Assembly (NCBI RefSeq): GCF_963921235.1
Contig: NC_086108.1
Span: 43,526,001-43,590,000, forward strand
DNA length: 64,000 nucleotides
Direction: 5' to 3'
From: Mobula hypostoma
Lineage: Eukaryota
The notes below the pieces were generated by a model. That model did not search any database and had not been told where the DNA came from. It saw nothing but the letters and a program-made list of their open reading frames with translations. The position numbers and the translations under genes are program-made. Positions 24,202 to 36,330 of this stretch are shown here, piece after piece. Each line of letters starts with the position of its first letter. Position 1 is the stretch's first letter.

Positions 24202-27191
24202 TCAGGTTATGTTGTTATAGGACTCATTTTACTGTGGATATAGGTACTTGTCTACCTGTTTCCTCCAGCATCTTCATAAGGTCCTTTGCTGTTGTTCTGG
24301 GATTGATTTGCACTTTTCATGCCAAAGTACATTAATCTCTAGGAGACAGAATGCATCTCTTTCCTGAGCGGTATGACGGCTGTGTGGTCCCATGGTGTTT
24401 ATACTTGCGTACTATTGTTTGTACAGATGAACGTGGTACCTTCAGGCGTTTGGAAATTGCTCCCAAGGATGAACCAGACTTGACATCATTTTCTGATCTC
24501 AATCTGATAGAAGATTTGTGGGCAGAACTGAAAAAGCATGTGCGAGCAAGGAGGCCTACAAACCTGACCCAGTTACACCAGTTCTGTCTGGAGGAATGGA
24601 ACAAAATTCCAGCAACTTACTGTGAGAAGCTTGTGGAAAGCTAACCAGAACATTTGACCCAAGTTAAACAATTTAAAGGCAATGCTACCAAATACTAACA
24701 AAGTGTATGTAAACTTCTGACCCACTGGGAAAGTGATGAAAGAAATAAAAGCTGAAATAAATCATTCTCTCTACTATTATTCTGAGATTTCACATTCTTA
24801 AAATAAAGTAGTGATCCTAACTGACCTAAGACAGGGAATGTTTTCTAGGATTAAATGTCACGAATTGTGAAAAACTGAGTTTAAATGTATTTGGCTAAGG
24901 TGTATGTAAACTTCTGACTTCAACTGTACTACAGGGACTGATTGAAGAGAATGAGGCCGAGTATGTTTATTCATCATGATTGTTGACGAACTCTCTTTCA
25001 CAATCTAGTCTGGCAGCAATATCCTTTGGTACTTGGTCAGGCTGATCACTGATAGGATAGAGAGTAATGTCCCTCACCCAGATCATGTTCTGTCTCCTTG
25101 CTACTTTCAATGCATCCTCCAGTCATTGTTCAACATGGTGTTAGCTTACAGCAATAATAATAGTAGACTCAATCCCTCTGTGTATGCCAGAAGAAAGCCA
25201 GCTTCTTTTCTTGAATTGCCACTTTGAACCTCTTATTGGAAGTTGCACATTTTTGTGTTGATTGAGTTATTTATGCTGATCCACCCTGTGATGATTATTA
25301 TCCAGTCAAACGGAGAGAGGGATAGTGAATAGAAGTCTCACCCATTGGCTCCCTGCTATCAGTATCCTCAGGAGAAGAAAAGGAAGCCCTTAAGTGCAGA
25401 AAAAAGACCAATTGTGATTTAGAAAAAAATATGATGGTTCAATTCATTGTCAGAGCAGTCTTATTTGGAGAAAGATTCAAGTCTTACTCCTTAACACAAA
25501 TCTGGCAACAGTATATTAGATTTGAATTGGAAGAGCAGTCTTCATGGCTATGCTGTTCAATTATGGAATTATCATAATGTTAGGATGTCAAGTCACTTGT
25601 CCCTCACAAATACTTTGGCTTCAGACGTACTATCAGTCAGGAGTTCCTCTTATAGTACATTCAGTAAGAAAAGGTCAAGTTCAATGAAGGGCCTAATACT
25701 TGCATTATAACTAATGGATGCATTGTAATATAGACACAGCAGAATGATCTTTTAACCTTCAAGTTACAGTCCGTGGATAAGATACTTGTGGTCTGTCAAT
25801 CACGTACTGAAATAGACTTACTTCCAACACCAGAGCTAGTAACATCAGCTTTTCAGCTAACAGGAGCTGCTGTGGCCGGTTGTTCTTCGAGGTAATAACT
25901 GGAATGATTTCATCCAGATAAGACCCTTGTCAAAATTTGGTTCTGAATGTTGAGGGATCCTGTTCTATTCTCATGATATAAAATTGTTGCTTCATAAATG
26001 CTTACTTCATTTGAAATTTCTTTAGTCGAGTAGCAAGCAGACTGCTCTCACAAAAAGCAAGAAGCAATGTATTGCAGAGAGGGAATTTTTGCCTATTCTT
26101 TGAAACAAGATATTAAAATGAACATATGAATGTTGTAATTTTTCTTCTATTTGATTAACCGTAGTTCTAATTGACATAACTTGGGAAAATCAAAATGTGT
26201 GTTTTATTTCAGTGATAATGTCAGACTTTAGCAATGAATGCAGGGCGGTATGCAACAAAGTCTTTCAGTAAGATAGTGGATGTTTTAATGGTTGTTAAAT
26301 ATCTTGTACTGAACAGTACAGTGATAAATGTTTGAACTCTTAACACCAGACAGGAAGAAGTGAGTAGTGGTGACAGTAATGGGTGTTGCTATGATTATAC
26401 TTACATTAACCATGTCTTAAATGCTGATTTATCTGGGTATTTTAAATCATTGTCATAGGTGAGACTCCAGTCTTTTAGTAACAACAGTTCCATCTGAAAG
26501 AGCTCACTACAACAGGAGATAGATTGTTTTAATCAGCTATATACAGTGCCTGTCAAAAAGTACTCACACTTCCCCTCGGAAGTTTTCAGATTTTATTGTT
26601 TTACAACATTGCAATACACTGGATTTAATTTGGCTTTTTTTGTCACTGATCAACAGAAAAAGACTCTTTCCTGTCAAAGTGAAAACAGATCCCTACAAAG
26701 TGATCTAAATTGATTATAAATATAAAATACAAAATGATTGTATAATTATTCACTCCTTCAAGTCATTATTTAATAGATGGTGTGTTTTTGATGATGTGTG
26801 GTGTTTGGCTTATGGTGTTTAGTTTGATGGCCAAAAAGCATAATTTTGGTTTCATCAGACCATAGAACCTTCTTCCAGCTGACATCAGAGTCTCCCCATT
26901 CCTTCTGGCAAACTCTAACCAAGATTTCATGTGAGTTTTTTCAATAGTGGCTTTCTCTTTGCCATTCTCCCATAAAGCTGCAAAGTACCCGGGCAACAAT
27001 TGTTGTATACGCAGTCTCTCCCAGCTCAGCCACTAAAGCTTGTAACTCCTCCAGAGTTGTCATAGGTCTCTTGATGGTCTCCCTCACTAGTCCCCTTCTT
27101 GCACAATTACTGAGTTTTTGAGGACGGCTTGCTCTAAGCAAATTTACAGCTGTGCCATATTCTTTCCATTTCTTAATGATTGACTTAACTA

Positions 27192-29286
27192 CAGTGGCAT
27201 GCAAAAGTTTGGTCAAAATTTCTGTTACTGTGAATAGCTAAGCAAGTAAAAGATGAACTGATTTCCAAAAGGCATTAATTTAAAGATGACACATTTCTTT
27301 AATATGTTAAGCAAGAAAACTTTTTTATTTCCATCTTTTACACCTCGGACATCAACTACTGCACAGAGTCTTGTCATCTTCAGAAGTTTACTGATGACTT
27401 TGCCATAGTTGGATGCATCAGCAAGGGAGATGAGGCTGAGTACAGGGCTACTGTAGGAAACTTTGTCACATGGTGTGAGCAGAATTATCTGCAGCTTAAT
27501 GTGAAAAAGACTAAGGAGCTGGTGGTAGACCTGAGGAGAGCTAAGGTAACGGTGACCCCTGTTTCCATCCAGGGGGTCAGTGTGGATGTGGTGGAGGATT
27601 ACAAATACCTGGGGAAACGAATTGACAATAAACTGGACTGGTCAAAGAACACTGAGGCGGTCTACAAGAAGGGTCAGAGTCGTCTCTATTTCCTGAGGAG
27701 ACTGAGGTCCTTTAACATCTGCCGGACGATGCTGAGGATGTTCTACGAGTCTGTGGTGGCCAGTGCTATCATGTTTGCTGTTGTGTACTGGGGTAGCAGA
27801 CTGAGGGTAGCAGACACCAACAGAATCATCAAACTCATTCGTAAGGCCAGTGATGTTGTGGGGATGGAACTGGACTCTCTCACGGTGGTGTCTGAAAAGA
27901 GGATGCTGTCTAAGTTGCATGTCATCTTGGTCAACGTCTCCCATCCACTACATAATGTACTGGGTGGGCACAGGAGTACATTCAGCCAGAGACTCATTCC
28001 ACCAAGATGCAACACAGAGCGTCATAGGAAGTCATTCCTGCCTGTGGCCATCAAACTTTACAACTCCTCCCTTGGAGGGTCAGACACCCTGAGCCAATAG
28101 GCTGGTCCTGGACTTTTTCCTGGCATAATTTACATATTACTATTTAACTATTTATGGTTTTATTACTATTTATTATTTATGGAGCAACTGTAACGAAAAC
28201 CAATTTCCCCCTGGGATCAATAAAGTATGACTATGACTATGACAATGACTATCTTTTACACTTTCAAAATAACAAAAAAGGAAAAGGGCCCAAAGCAAAA
28301 GTTTGGGCACCCTCCATGGTTAGTACTTAGTAACACCCCCTTTGGCAAGTATCACAGCTTGTAAACGCTTTTTGTAGCCAGCTAAGAGTCTTTCAATTCT
28401 TGTTTGGGGGATTTTTGCCCATTCTTCCTTGCAAAAGGCTTCTAGTTCTGTGAGATTCTTGGGCCGTCTTGCATGCACTGCTCTTTTGAGGTCTATCCAC
28501 AGATTCTCGATGATGGTCAGGGGACTGTGAGGGCCATGGCAAAACCTTCAGCTTGTGCCTCTTGAGGTAGTCCATTGTGGATCTTGAGGTGTGTTTAGGA
28601 TCATTATCCTGTTGTAGAAGTCATCCTCTTTTCATCTTCGGCTTTTTTACAAATGGTGTGATGTTTGCTTCCAGAATTTGCTGGTACTTAATTGAATTCA
28701 TTCTTCCCTCTACCAGTAAATGTCCCCCGTGCCACTGGCTGCAACACAAGCCCAAAGCATGATCGATCCACCCCCGTGCTTAGCAGTTGGAGAGCAGTTC
28801 TTTTCATGAAATTCTGCACCCTTTTTTCTCCAAACATACCTTTGCTCATTGCTGCCAAAAAGTTCTATTTTAACTTAATCAGTCCACAGGACTTGTTTCC
28901 AAAATGCATCGGGCTTGTTTAGATGTTCTTTTGAAGCTTTTGAACAGAACTGTTTGCAAGGAAGAATAGGCGAAAATTCCCCCAAACAAGAATTGAAAGA
29001 CTCTTAGCTGGCTACAGAAAGCATTTACAAGCTGTTATACTTGCCAAAGGGGGTGTTACTAAGTACTGCTATGCCGGGTGCCCAAACTTTTGCTTTGGGC
29101 CCTTTTCCTTTTTTGTTATTTTGAAAGTGTAAAAGATGGAAATAAAAAGTCTTCTTGCTTAAAATATTAAAGAAATGTGTCATCTTTAACTTTATGCCTT
29201 TTGGAAATCAGTTCATCTTTTACTTACTTAGCTATTCACAGTAACAGAAATTTTGACCGGGGTGCCCAGACTTTTGCATGCCACTG
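27192..29286 (-). mobile_element. Second Tc1 family element nested in the Passport-like Tc1
   Basis: Ends are TA|cagtggcatgcaaaagtttg and cttttgcatgccactg|TA. Transposase C-terminus [12 protein letters not shown]. Same family as 51812-52746. Confidence 0.88.
27343..28250 (+). mobile_element. Rex1/Babar LINE 3' part
   Basis: ORF 27501-28100 is near-identical to the copy at 20094-21640. (gactat)n tail. Duplication atcttttaca at 27333-27342 and 28251-28260. Confidence 0.92.
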
Positions 29287-29825
29287 TATACTCAGTGACT
29301 TGGAAATTTTCTTATATCTATCTCCTGACTTGTGCCTTTTTGTGGAGTTGCTTGGAGTGTTCTTTTGTCCTCATGGTGTAGTTTTTTTTCAGGATACTTA
29401 TTCACCAGCAGATGGACCTTCCAGATACAGGTGCATCAATTGAAACATCTTGACTGCACACAGGTCTCCAAAAACAGATCTCCATTTAACTAATTATGTG
29501 ACTTCTAAAACCAGTTGGCTGCACCAGTGATGATTTGGATCACTTTGTAGAGATGTGTTTTCACTTTGACATGAAAGAGCCTTTTTCTGTTGATCAGTGT
29601 CAAATAAGCCAAATTAAATCCACAGTTATTCTATGTAGTAAAACAATAAAACATGAAGGCTTCCAAAGAGGGTGAATACTTTTTATAGGCATTGTATGTT
29701 TGAAACCTTTATTGCTGGATACTGATGGTGGTATTCACCTGGGTTAGGGTTTCTCAGATGGAAAGGTATCTATGCACGCAGAAAACTGACTCTTGTAAAT
29801 TCCTACGAAAAGCACAAATGGACCC

Positions 29826-30744
29826 TGTCACGTACCCCGTGACGGGGATAAAGAACCAGCCGAGATGGAAAATGCTTTGCAGTCTCGTATTGCTATATAC
29901 TACTAATATTTATTAGTAACTACGCAATACAGTAATATAAATGTAGATAAATCAAACAGGTTAGCAATGATTATATATAAAAGTAAGTGTGGAATATATA
30001 TGTATGAAAAACCAAGCTTCTTTAAGTCTAGGGGTAAAAAGATACAGTCTTACGATGTTGAGTAAAGTTCAGTTCAGTTCAGTTCGTGGTATTTAGTTGA
30101 GTAGTGATGGAGAGAGAGAGAGAGAGAGTTGAGTCTTCAGGTGAGCTGATGCTGTCGATCTTCTCGTCGTCCTCAGAAATCCTTTACAAGTCACCGACTG
30201 TGACTTTAACCAGGGGGACCGGTCTTCTGTGGTGGAGCTATCACCCAGGCGAGGGTGGACACATAGACAACTCCCCACCAGTCAACCCCTTCTTCACCGA
30301 TGGAATAGCAATTTGGATTGATCCGCCTGATCGATCCTCCAAAACCCACTTTTTCTGCGGGCACAACAATGCTCATTCAGTGTCCAGATCATGTGTCTGA
30401 GGTCTGTATCATCTGACCTCCCATTTATTTCGCCAGGCTGAGCATCACCTGTCATTCAAAGAGTCCCTCCGTCCTTTGTCTGTAAAAGAGTGCACAAGCA
30501 GGCACCAAGTCCTTGAAAGTAACATGAACAATCTGCCTTTGGTCACCATAGCAACCTTCGAGCTGCTTGGTGCTGTCTCCAACTCCAAACTCAGTAGAAA
30601 TCCAAAGTTACTTCCAATGCCTTAAAGTGACAATCCACTGTTAATCTTCATCTCTCTCTCCTTTCCAAACAAACCACCAATGATGAATGTCTCTCTGTGT
30701 TTCTCTTCAAACAGTTAATAGGGGCACTCCAGGATCCCCTCACA
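29826..30744 (-). repeat. 3' LTR of the Gypsy provirus
   Basis: Direct repeat of 34695-35646, adjacent to the PPT. Confidence 0.95.
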
Positions 30745-30869
30745 CTCCCCTTCCTCAAGGAAAATAAATTGTCGAAGACGATTTTTAAAAACAATGTCCA
30801 TCACAGGGTTTTAAACAATACAGGGAAAAAACATTAGATGACAAAACAAAAATGGTCACAGTTTTCAAC

Positions 30870-33420
30870 TTAACATCTGGATAAGCAATCAGCTATGATG
30901 TTATCAGTACCTTTTACATGTTTTATTACCAAATCAAATTCCTGCAATACTAGACACCAATTTAACAACCTGCTATTTTTATCCTTCATTTTATTCAAAA
31001 ACACCAGCGGATTGTGATCGTGTAAATCACAAAAGGTCTTTGAGCAGGGCAAGTATAAACCTCAAAATGTTGCAAGGCCAGAATAAGTGCCAATAACTCG
31101 TTTTCAACAGTTGAATAATTTTTCTGATGTACATTAAATTTCTTTCCCACTTTATCAACACAATCATCCACTCTGGGGATAGGATAAGCATCTGTCTTGG
31201 TTATGGCATTAATTTTCCGGTAGTCAGTACAGAATCTCATGCTAACATCCGGTTTAGGCACAAGGACGCATGGTGACGCCCAGTCTGAGATAGATGGCCT
31301 AATAATACCGGTTGCTAGCAGGTACCCGATCTCTTTTTCAACTTCTTTATTTTTCTCAAAGTTCATTCTGTAAGGATGCTGTTTAATGGGCCAAGCTAAA
31401 TTCAGAATGACATCATGCACTGCCCCAGTGCACCATCTTGGTGTGTCAGGAAATAAATCTTTATGTTTCTTAATTAGCTCCTGCAATTGCTCTCTTTGTG
31501 CAGGCCCCAAATGGCTAACTTTATCAGTAAGGTCCTTTAAGATAAGGGAATTTGTAAGTCTTGTGAACAAAATACTCAGTTTAGTGAAATGATTTTTCTC
31601 CTCATTATCAAATTCCTTAGCCCCCTTTGTTTTCGTGGTCATACCTACTGGTACCACCTCAGAATCTTGATACGGTTTCAACATATTAATGTGAACCAGC
31701 TGCGTGGCCTTCCTCCTGTCAGGAGTTTCAATAACATAATTCAAAGAATCAATTTTCTTCACTATGTGGTATGGCCCATGGAATTTCGCTTGGAGCGGGT
31801 TGGTCACAAGAGGGAACAGCACCAGTACTTTGTTTCCCACTTCAAACACTTGCTCCCTCGCTCTCTTATCAAACCACTGTTTCATTTTAATTTGGGAGTG
31901 CTGCAGATTCTTCCTGGCAAGGTCACAGGCCTCGTTAAGCCTTTCTCGGAATTTTAAAACATAGTCTAACACACTGACACACACGTCTGGGTTAGACCAT
32001 TGCTCCCTGAGCAGGGTCAAAGGTCCTTTGGGCCTATGGCCAAAAATGAGCTCAAACGGGCTGAACCCTAAGGACTCTTGAATGGTGTCCCTCACAGCAA
32101 AAAGTAGTAAGTGTATCCCCTCATCCCAATCCTTGTCGTTCTCATGGCAATAGGTCTTAATCATAGTCTTTAAAGTGGAATGAAACCTCTCCAGAGCCCC
32201 TTGAGACTCTGGGTGGTAGGCAGATGACACAATCTGTTGAGCTCAGACACTACTTGCTGGAATATTTTTGAAGTGAAGTTGCTACCCTTGTCAGATTGAA
32301 TTTCTTTGGGTAAACCTACCAGTGCGAAAAACTTGCTGAGTGCTTTTACCACAGTCTTGGCCCGGATGTTTCTGAGAGGCACAGCTTCCGGGAACCTAGA
32401 TGCAGCACATATTATTGTTAACAAATCCTGATGACCAGCTGCAGTCTTTGGCAACGGGCCTACACAATCCACTATGACCTGGAAAAAAGGTTCACCAAAA
32501 GCAGGGATTGGCCGAAGTGGTGCTTTTGGTATGGCCTGGTTAGGTTTTCCCACCACCTGACACATATGACACCCTCTACGGTAATTGACAATATCTCTCC
32601 TCACGTTAGGCCAATAAAACTCCCTCAGGATCCTGTGCACTGTCTTTTTTATTCCAAAATGTCCCCCTAAAGGCATCTTATGGGCTAAGTTTAAAATTTC
32701 AACCCTATAAACCTTTGGAACCACCACCTGGTGCACAATAGCCCAATCCTCACTCGCAGGCACAGTAGCTGGTCTCCACTTCCTCATTAACACCCCATCT
32801 TTAAGATAATACCCCACTGTCTCTTTCTGAATCTCCTCCTCAGAGAGAGCTGTCTCTTTTAAAGCCACAATTTCTGGATCTTTATTCTGATCCTCTGTAA
32901 ACTCCTTCCTTGACAAGGACAGGTCTCTCCTCTCCTCCTTGTTCTCCTCAGCCTCACTACCCCTTAAATCCTGTTGGTATAGGGACGGTAGGAAAGTCTC
33001 AGACAAATCAATGCTAGCAGCAGCAGCCTTTCTGGACATACTTCATGTCACTGCACATACGGGATACACATCAGCATCTCTGGGCTGGTCCTCAGCAGCA
33101 GCAGGCTTGCTTGTGAGCTGAACTGCTGGGTAAACATCTCCACCTGCAAGGTCATTACCGAGTAAGACATCAACATGGTCTATCGGTAGCTCGGATTGCA
33201 CCCCTATTATGACTGGTTTCGACACCAAGTCGCATTTCAAGATTATCTTATGCAAAGGCATGGCCTCTGTTCCCTTTCCAATGCCCTTAATGATGTTTAC
33301 TTCTCCAGTGTCTGTTTCCGCACCAAATTCCAAAACATTCTTTAATATCAGTGACTGGAAAGCTCCAGTATCTCTCCATATTCTAACTGGGGCTGGGTTT
33401 GACCCCTCCTTCACAGACAC
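30870..33420 (-). pseudogene. pol (protease, integrase, truncated RT, RNase H), frameshifted
   Basis: PR motif IWRDTGA. INT motifs AHKMPLGGHFG...CHMC, VIVDCVGPLP, IQSDKGSNF, YHPESQGALERFH. RT N-terminus PIKQHPYR, WASPCVLVPKPD, FCTDYRKIN. RH motifs NYSTVENELLAL, DHNPL, NIIADCLSR. Confidence 0.92.
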
Positions 33421-34640
33421 AAACCCTTCTGAAATAAACCTATCGAGTCCTTCCTGAACTCGGTTCGACCCCCTTTTTTTTTCAGCGGTATTTTAGCCGT
33501 CTGAACATAGTCAGTTGGGGTTTTCTCTTTCTCCTTTCCTTTCCCCCTTTTCGCAGCAAAACAATTCGATGCCACATGGCCAGGTTTTCCACAAGAGTAA
33601 CACTTAAAACTGGGAAATTTTTCCCCCGACTGTTTCTCTTCCTCCTTACTTTTATCACTAATCCCCGGTTTACTCTCTGGTTTAGCCAGTGGATTATCTC
33701 TACTCCCTTGTGGGTTACTCTTAGTGGGGAAAAATTTTACTTTATGAGTTAGGGCATATTCGTCTGCTAACTTAGCAGCTTCTGACAGTGCAGCCGCCCC
33801 TTTTTCATCTAAGTGCATCCTTATCTCAGCTGAAACGCAGTTTTTAAACTCTTCAATCAACATTAACTCTCTCATGTTGCCAACACTCTCAACCGCCCCT
33901 TTTGAAGCACACCACCGATCAAAGTATACCCGTATCTCATGGGAAAACTCCACATACGTTTGGTTCCAAGACTTCCTCAAACCTCGAAACCTTTGTCTGT
34001 ACGCCTCCAGGACTAACCCATAAGCCTTAAACACAGCATCCTTCACTTTATCATAATCCTTTGCGTCTTCAAGAGACAGGGCTGCATATGCTTGCTCAGC
34101 CTTCCCCTTTACCACACTCTGTAATAACACCGCCCACTGCTCCTGCAGCCACTCCCGAGTACGGGCCACTTTCTCAAAATGTAGGAAATACCTATCAATC
34201 TCTGCTTCATCAAATGGAGGTACTAACTTAATTTCTCGACTGACGCTAAACCCCTCCTCACAGTTCACCATCTGAGCGTTCTGTTGCCATCTCTCCCTTT
34301 CAAACGCTCTCTGATTCTGAGCCACCTCTCTCTCTAAGTTCAATCTCTCTATCTTTAACAGTTCCAGGTGGACTTCGACCTCCTCTTTCTCTACAGGAAA
34401 CCTCTTTAACTCGCTCTCCTCAAAAGTCTGTATAGAGACATAATATTCAGCTATTTTTCTTTGAATTTCTGCTTTCGTCATACCTCTCTTTACCTCAACA
34501 TTCACTTCCTTAGCAATGTCCCGCAACTCATATTTCCTAGCCTTTTTCAAGGACACGGGGTCTGGGGATTCCAAAACTTCCGCAATATCCATTTCTGCTG
34601 ATATTCCACACAACCAATCAAAGGAATTTTTCCAAATCAA
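33411..34640 (-). CDS. gag-like ORF with CCHC zinc knuckle
   Basis: 409-aa ORF with LVPPFDEAEIDRYFLHFEKVA and CYSCGKPGHVASNC. The likely start is the internal M of MDIAEVLE. Confidence 0.85.
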   Translation of the reverse strand: MIWKNSFDWLCGISAEMDIAEVLESPDPVSLKKARKYELRDIAKEVNVEVKRGMTKAEIQRKIAEYYVSIQTFEESELKRFPVEKEEVEVHLELLKIERLNLEREVAQNQRAFERERWQQNAQMVNCEEGFSVSREIKLVPPFDEAEIDRYFLHFEKVARTREWLQEQWAVLLQSVVKGKAEQAYAALSLEDAKDYDKVKDAVFKAYGLVLEAYRQRFRGLRKSWNQTYVEFSHEIRVYFDRWCASKGAVESVGNMRELMLIEEFKNCVSAEIRMHLDEKGAAALSEAAKLADEYALTHKVKFFPTKSNPQGSRDNPLAKPESKPGISDKSKEEEKQSGEKFPSFKCYSCGKPGHVASNCFAAKRGKGKEKEKTPTDYVQTAKIPLKKKGGRTEFRKDSIGLFQKGLCL

Positions 34641-34694
34641 TTCAAACCAGCCTCCTGACCAATTTGTTCATATCGCGGATGCAGGCCCCAATTT

Positions 34695-34974
34695 TGTCAC
34701 GTACCCCGTGACGGGGATAAAGAACCAGCAGAGATGGAAAACACTTTGGAGTCCAGTATTGCTATAAACTAATAATTTTTATTAGTAACTACGCAATACA
34801 GTAATATAAATGTAGATAAATCAAACAGGTTAGCAATGATTATATATAAAAGTAAGTGTGGAATATATATGTATGAAAAACCAAGCTTCTTTAAGTCTAG
34901 GGGTAAAAAGATACAGTCTTACAATGTTGAGTAAAGTTCAGTTCAGTTCAGTTCGTGGTATTTAGTTGAGTAGT

Positions 34975-35031
<57 letters not shown>

Positions 35032-35646
35032 GAGTCTTCAGGTGAGCTGATGCTGTCGATCTTCTCGTCGTCCTCAGAAATCCTTTACAAGTCACCGACT
35101 GTGACTTTAACCAGGGGGACCGGTCTTCTGTGGTGGAGCTATCACCCAGGCGAGGATGGACACATAGACAACTCCCCACCTGTCAACCCCTTCTTCACCG
35201 TTGGAATAGCAATTTGGATTGATCCGCCTGATCGATCCTCCAAAATCCACTTTCTCTGCGGGCACAACAATGCTCATTCAGTGTCCAGATCATGTGTCCT
35301 GAGGTCTGTATCATCTGACCTCCCATTTATTTCACCAGGCTGAGCATCACCTGTCATTCAAAGAGTCCCTCCGTCCTTTGTCTGTAAAGGAGTGCACAAG
35401 CAGGCACCAAGTCCTTGGAAGTAACATGAACAATCTGCTTTTGGTCACCATAGCAACTTTCGAGCTGCTTGGTGCTGTCTCCAACTCCAAACTCAGTAGA
35501 AATCCAAAGTTACTTCCAATGCTTTAAAGTGACAATCCACTGTTAATCTTCATCTCTCTCTCCTTTCTAAACAAACCATCAATGATGAATGTCTCCCTCT
35601 GTCTCTCTTCAAACAGTTAATAGGGGCACTCCAGGATCCCCTCACA
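34695..35646 (-). repeat. 5' LTR of the Gypsy provirus
   Basis: Direct repeat of 29826-30744 with a longer (GA)n tract, adjacent to the PBS. Confidence 0.95.
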
Positions 35647-36148
35647 ACCCTGATGATGAGTTTCAAATATCTCACCCTCCCATTGTCACGAGTTCCAGTT
35701 CCTGAAGCAGTCACTATCCAGCGACTCTGTGGAATGAGGCAGCCATTGAATATGGTAGTTCACCAGTGTCTTCTCAAAGGAAATTAGGAATGACCTTGGA
35801 AACCAGTGAATGCTAATCATACCAGGGTTGAGTGGAGAAGCAGACAGCATTTTTCACACTGTATGACAAGTAGCCATGGTGTATTCAAGGATTACCGGAG
35901 CATGTAACAACATTAAGAGTCACTGACTTGAAACATCTTGCAATTAAATTACAACATAAACCAGATCGGTTGGCCCAAGCCATATCTGCCCGCTAAGCCA
36001 ACCTTCAATAGTCTCCTTTGGTAGAATGAATCGTTGCATTTAAGTCAAAAGTCTGCTTGCTCAGAGAGGATTAAGGTGTAATGGTTGACAACTGTACTAC
36101 GCAGAAGTTGATGTGTAGAAGGAAGTTGAACAGCAAGTGTTCAACATT

Positions 36149-36330
36149 AACTAGAGAACATCTGCAGATGCTGGAAATCCGAGCAACACACACAAAATGC
36201 TGGAGGACCTCAGCAGGCTAGGCAGCATCTGTGGAAAAGAGTACAGTTGACTTTTTGGGCTGAAACTGTACTCTTTTCCATAGATACTGGCTGGCCTGCA
36301 GGGTTCCTTCAGCATTTTGAGTGTGTTGCT
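36149..36330. mobile_element. Palindromic PLE-derived element with collapsed centre
   Basis: Inverted arms with a 14-bp TSD aagtgttcaacatt (36135-36148, 36331-36344). The ribozyme cores are missing at the symmetry centre. Confidence 0.82.

Larger units (their letters stand above)
26544..29694 (-). mobile_element. Passport-like Tc1 transposon, internally deleted, hosting nested elements
   Basis: Ends are TA|cagtgcctgtcaaaaagtactcac and gtgaatactttttataggcattg|TA with about 200-bp IRs. Transposase piece VKSIIKKWKEYGTAVNLLRASRPQKLS...RPMTTLEELQ. Confidence 0.85.
29826..35646 (-). mobile_element. Gypsy LTR retrotransposon, Gmr1-type (gag-PR-INT-RT-RH), two LTRs
   Basis: TG...CA LTRs and a 4-bp TSD accc (29822-29825, 35647-35650). 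PPT ccttgaggaaggggag (RC of 30745-30760). Degenerate tRNA-Pro-like PBS tggggcctgcatccgcgat (RC of about 34673-34691). Confidence 0.95.

Noticed and set aside
26213..26267. Candidate exon with ATG (MSDFSNECRAVCNKVF) between tttcag and GTAAGA
   Set aside because: Splice motifs are plausible, but joining to the other candidate exons gives early stops and no recognisable protein.
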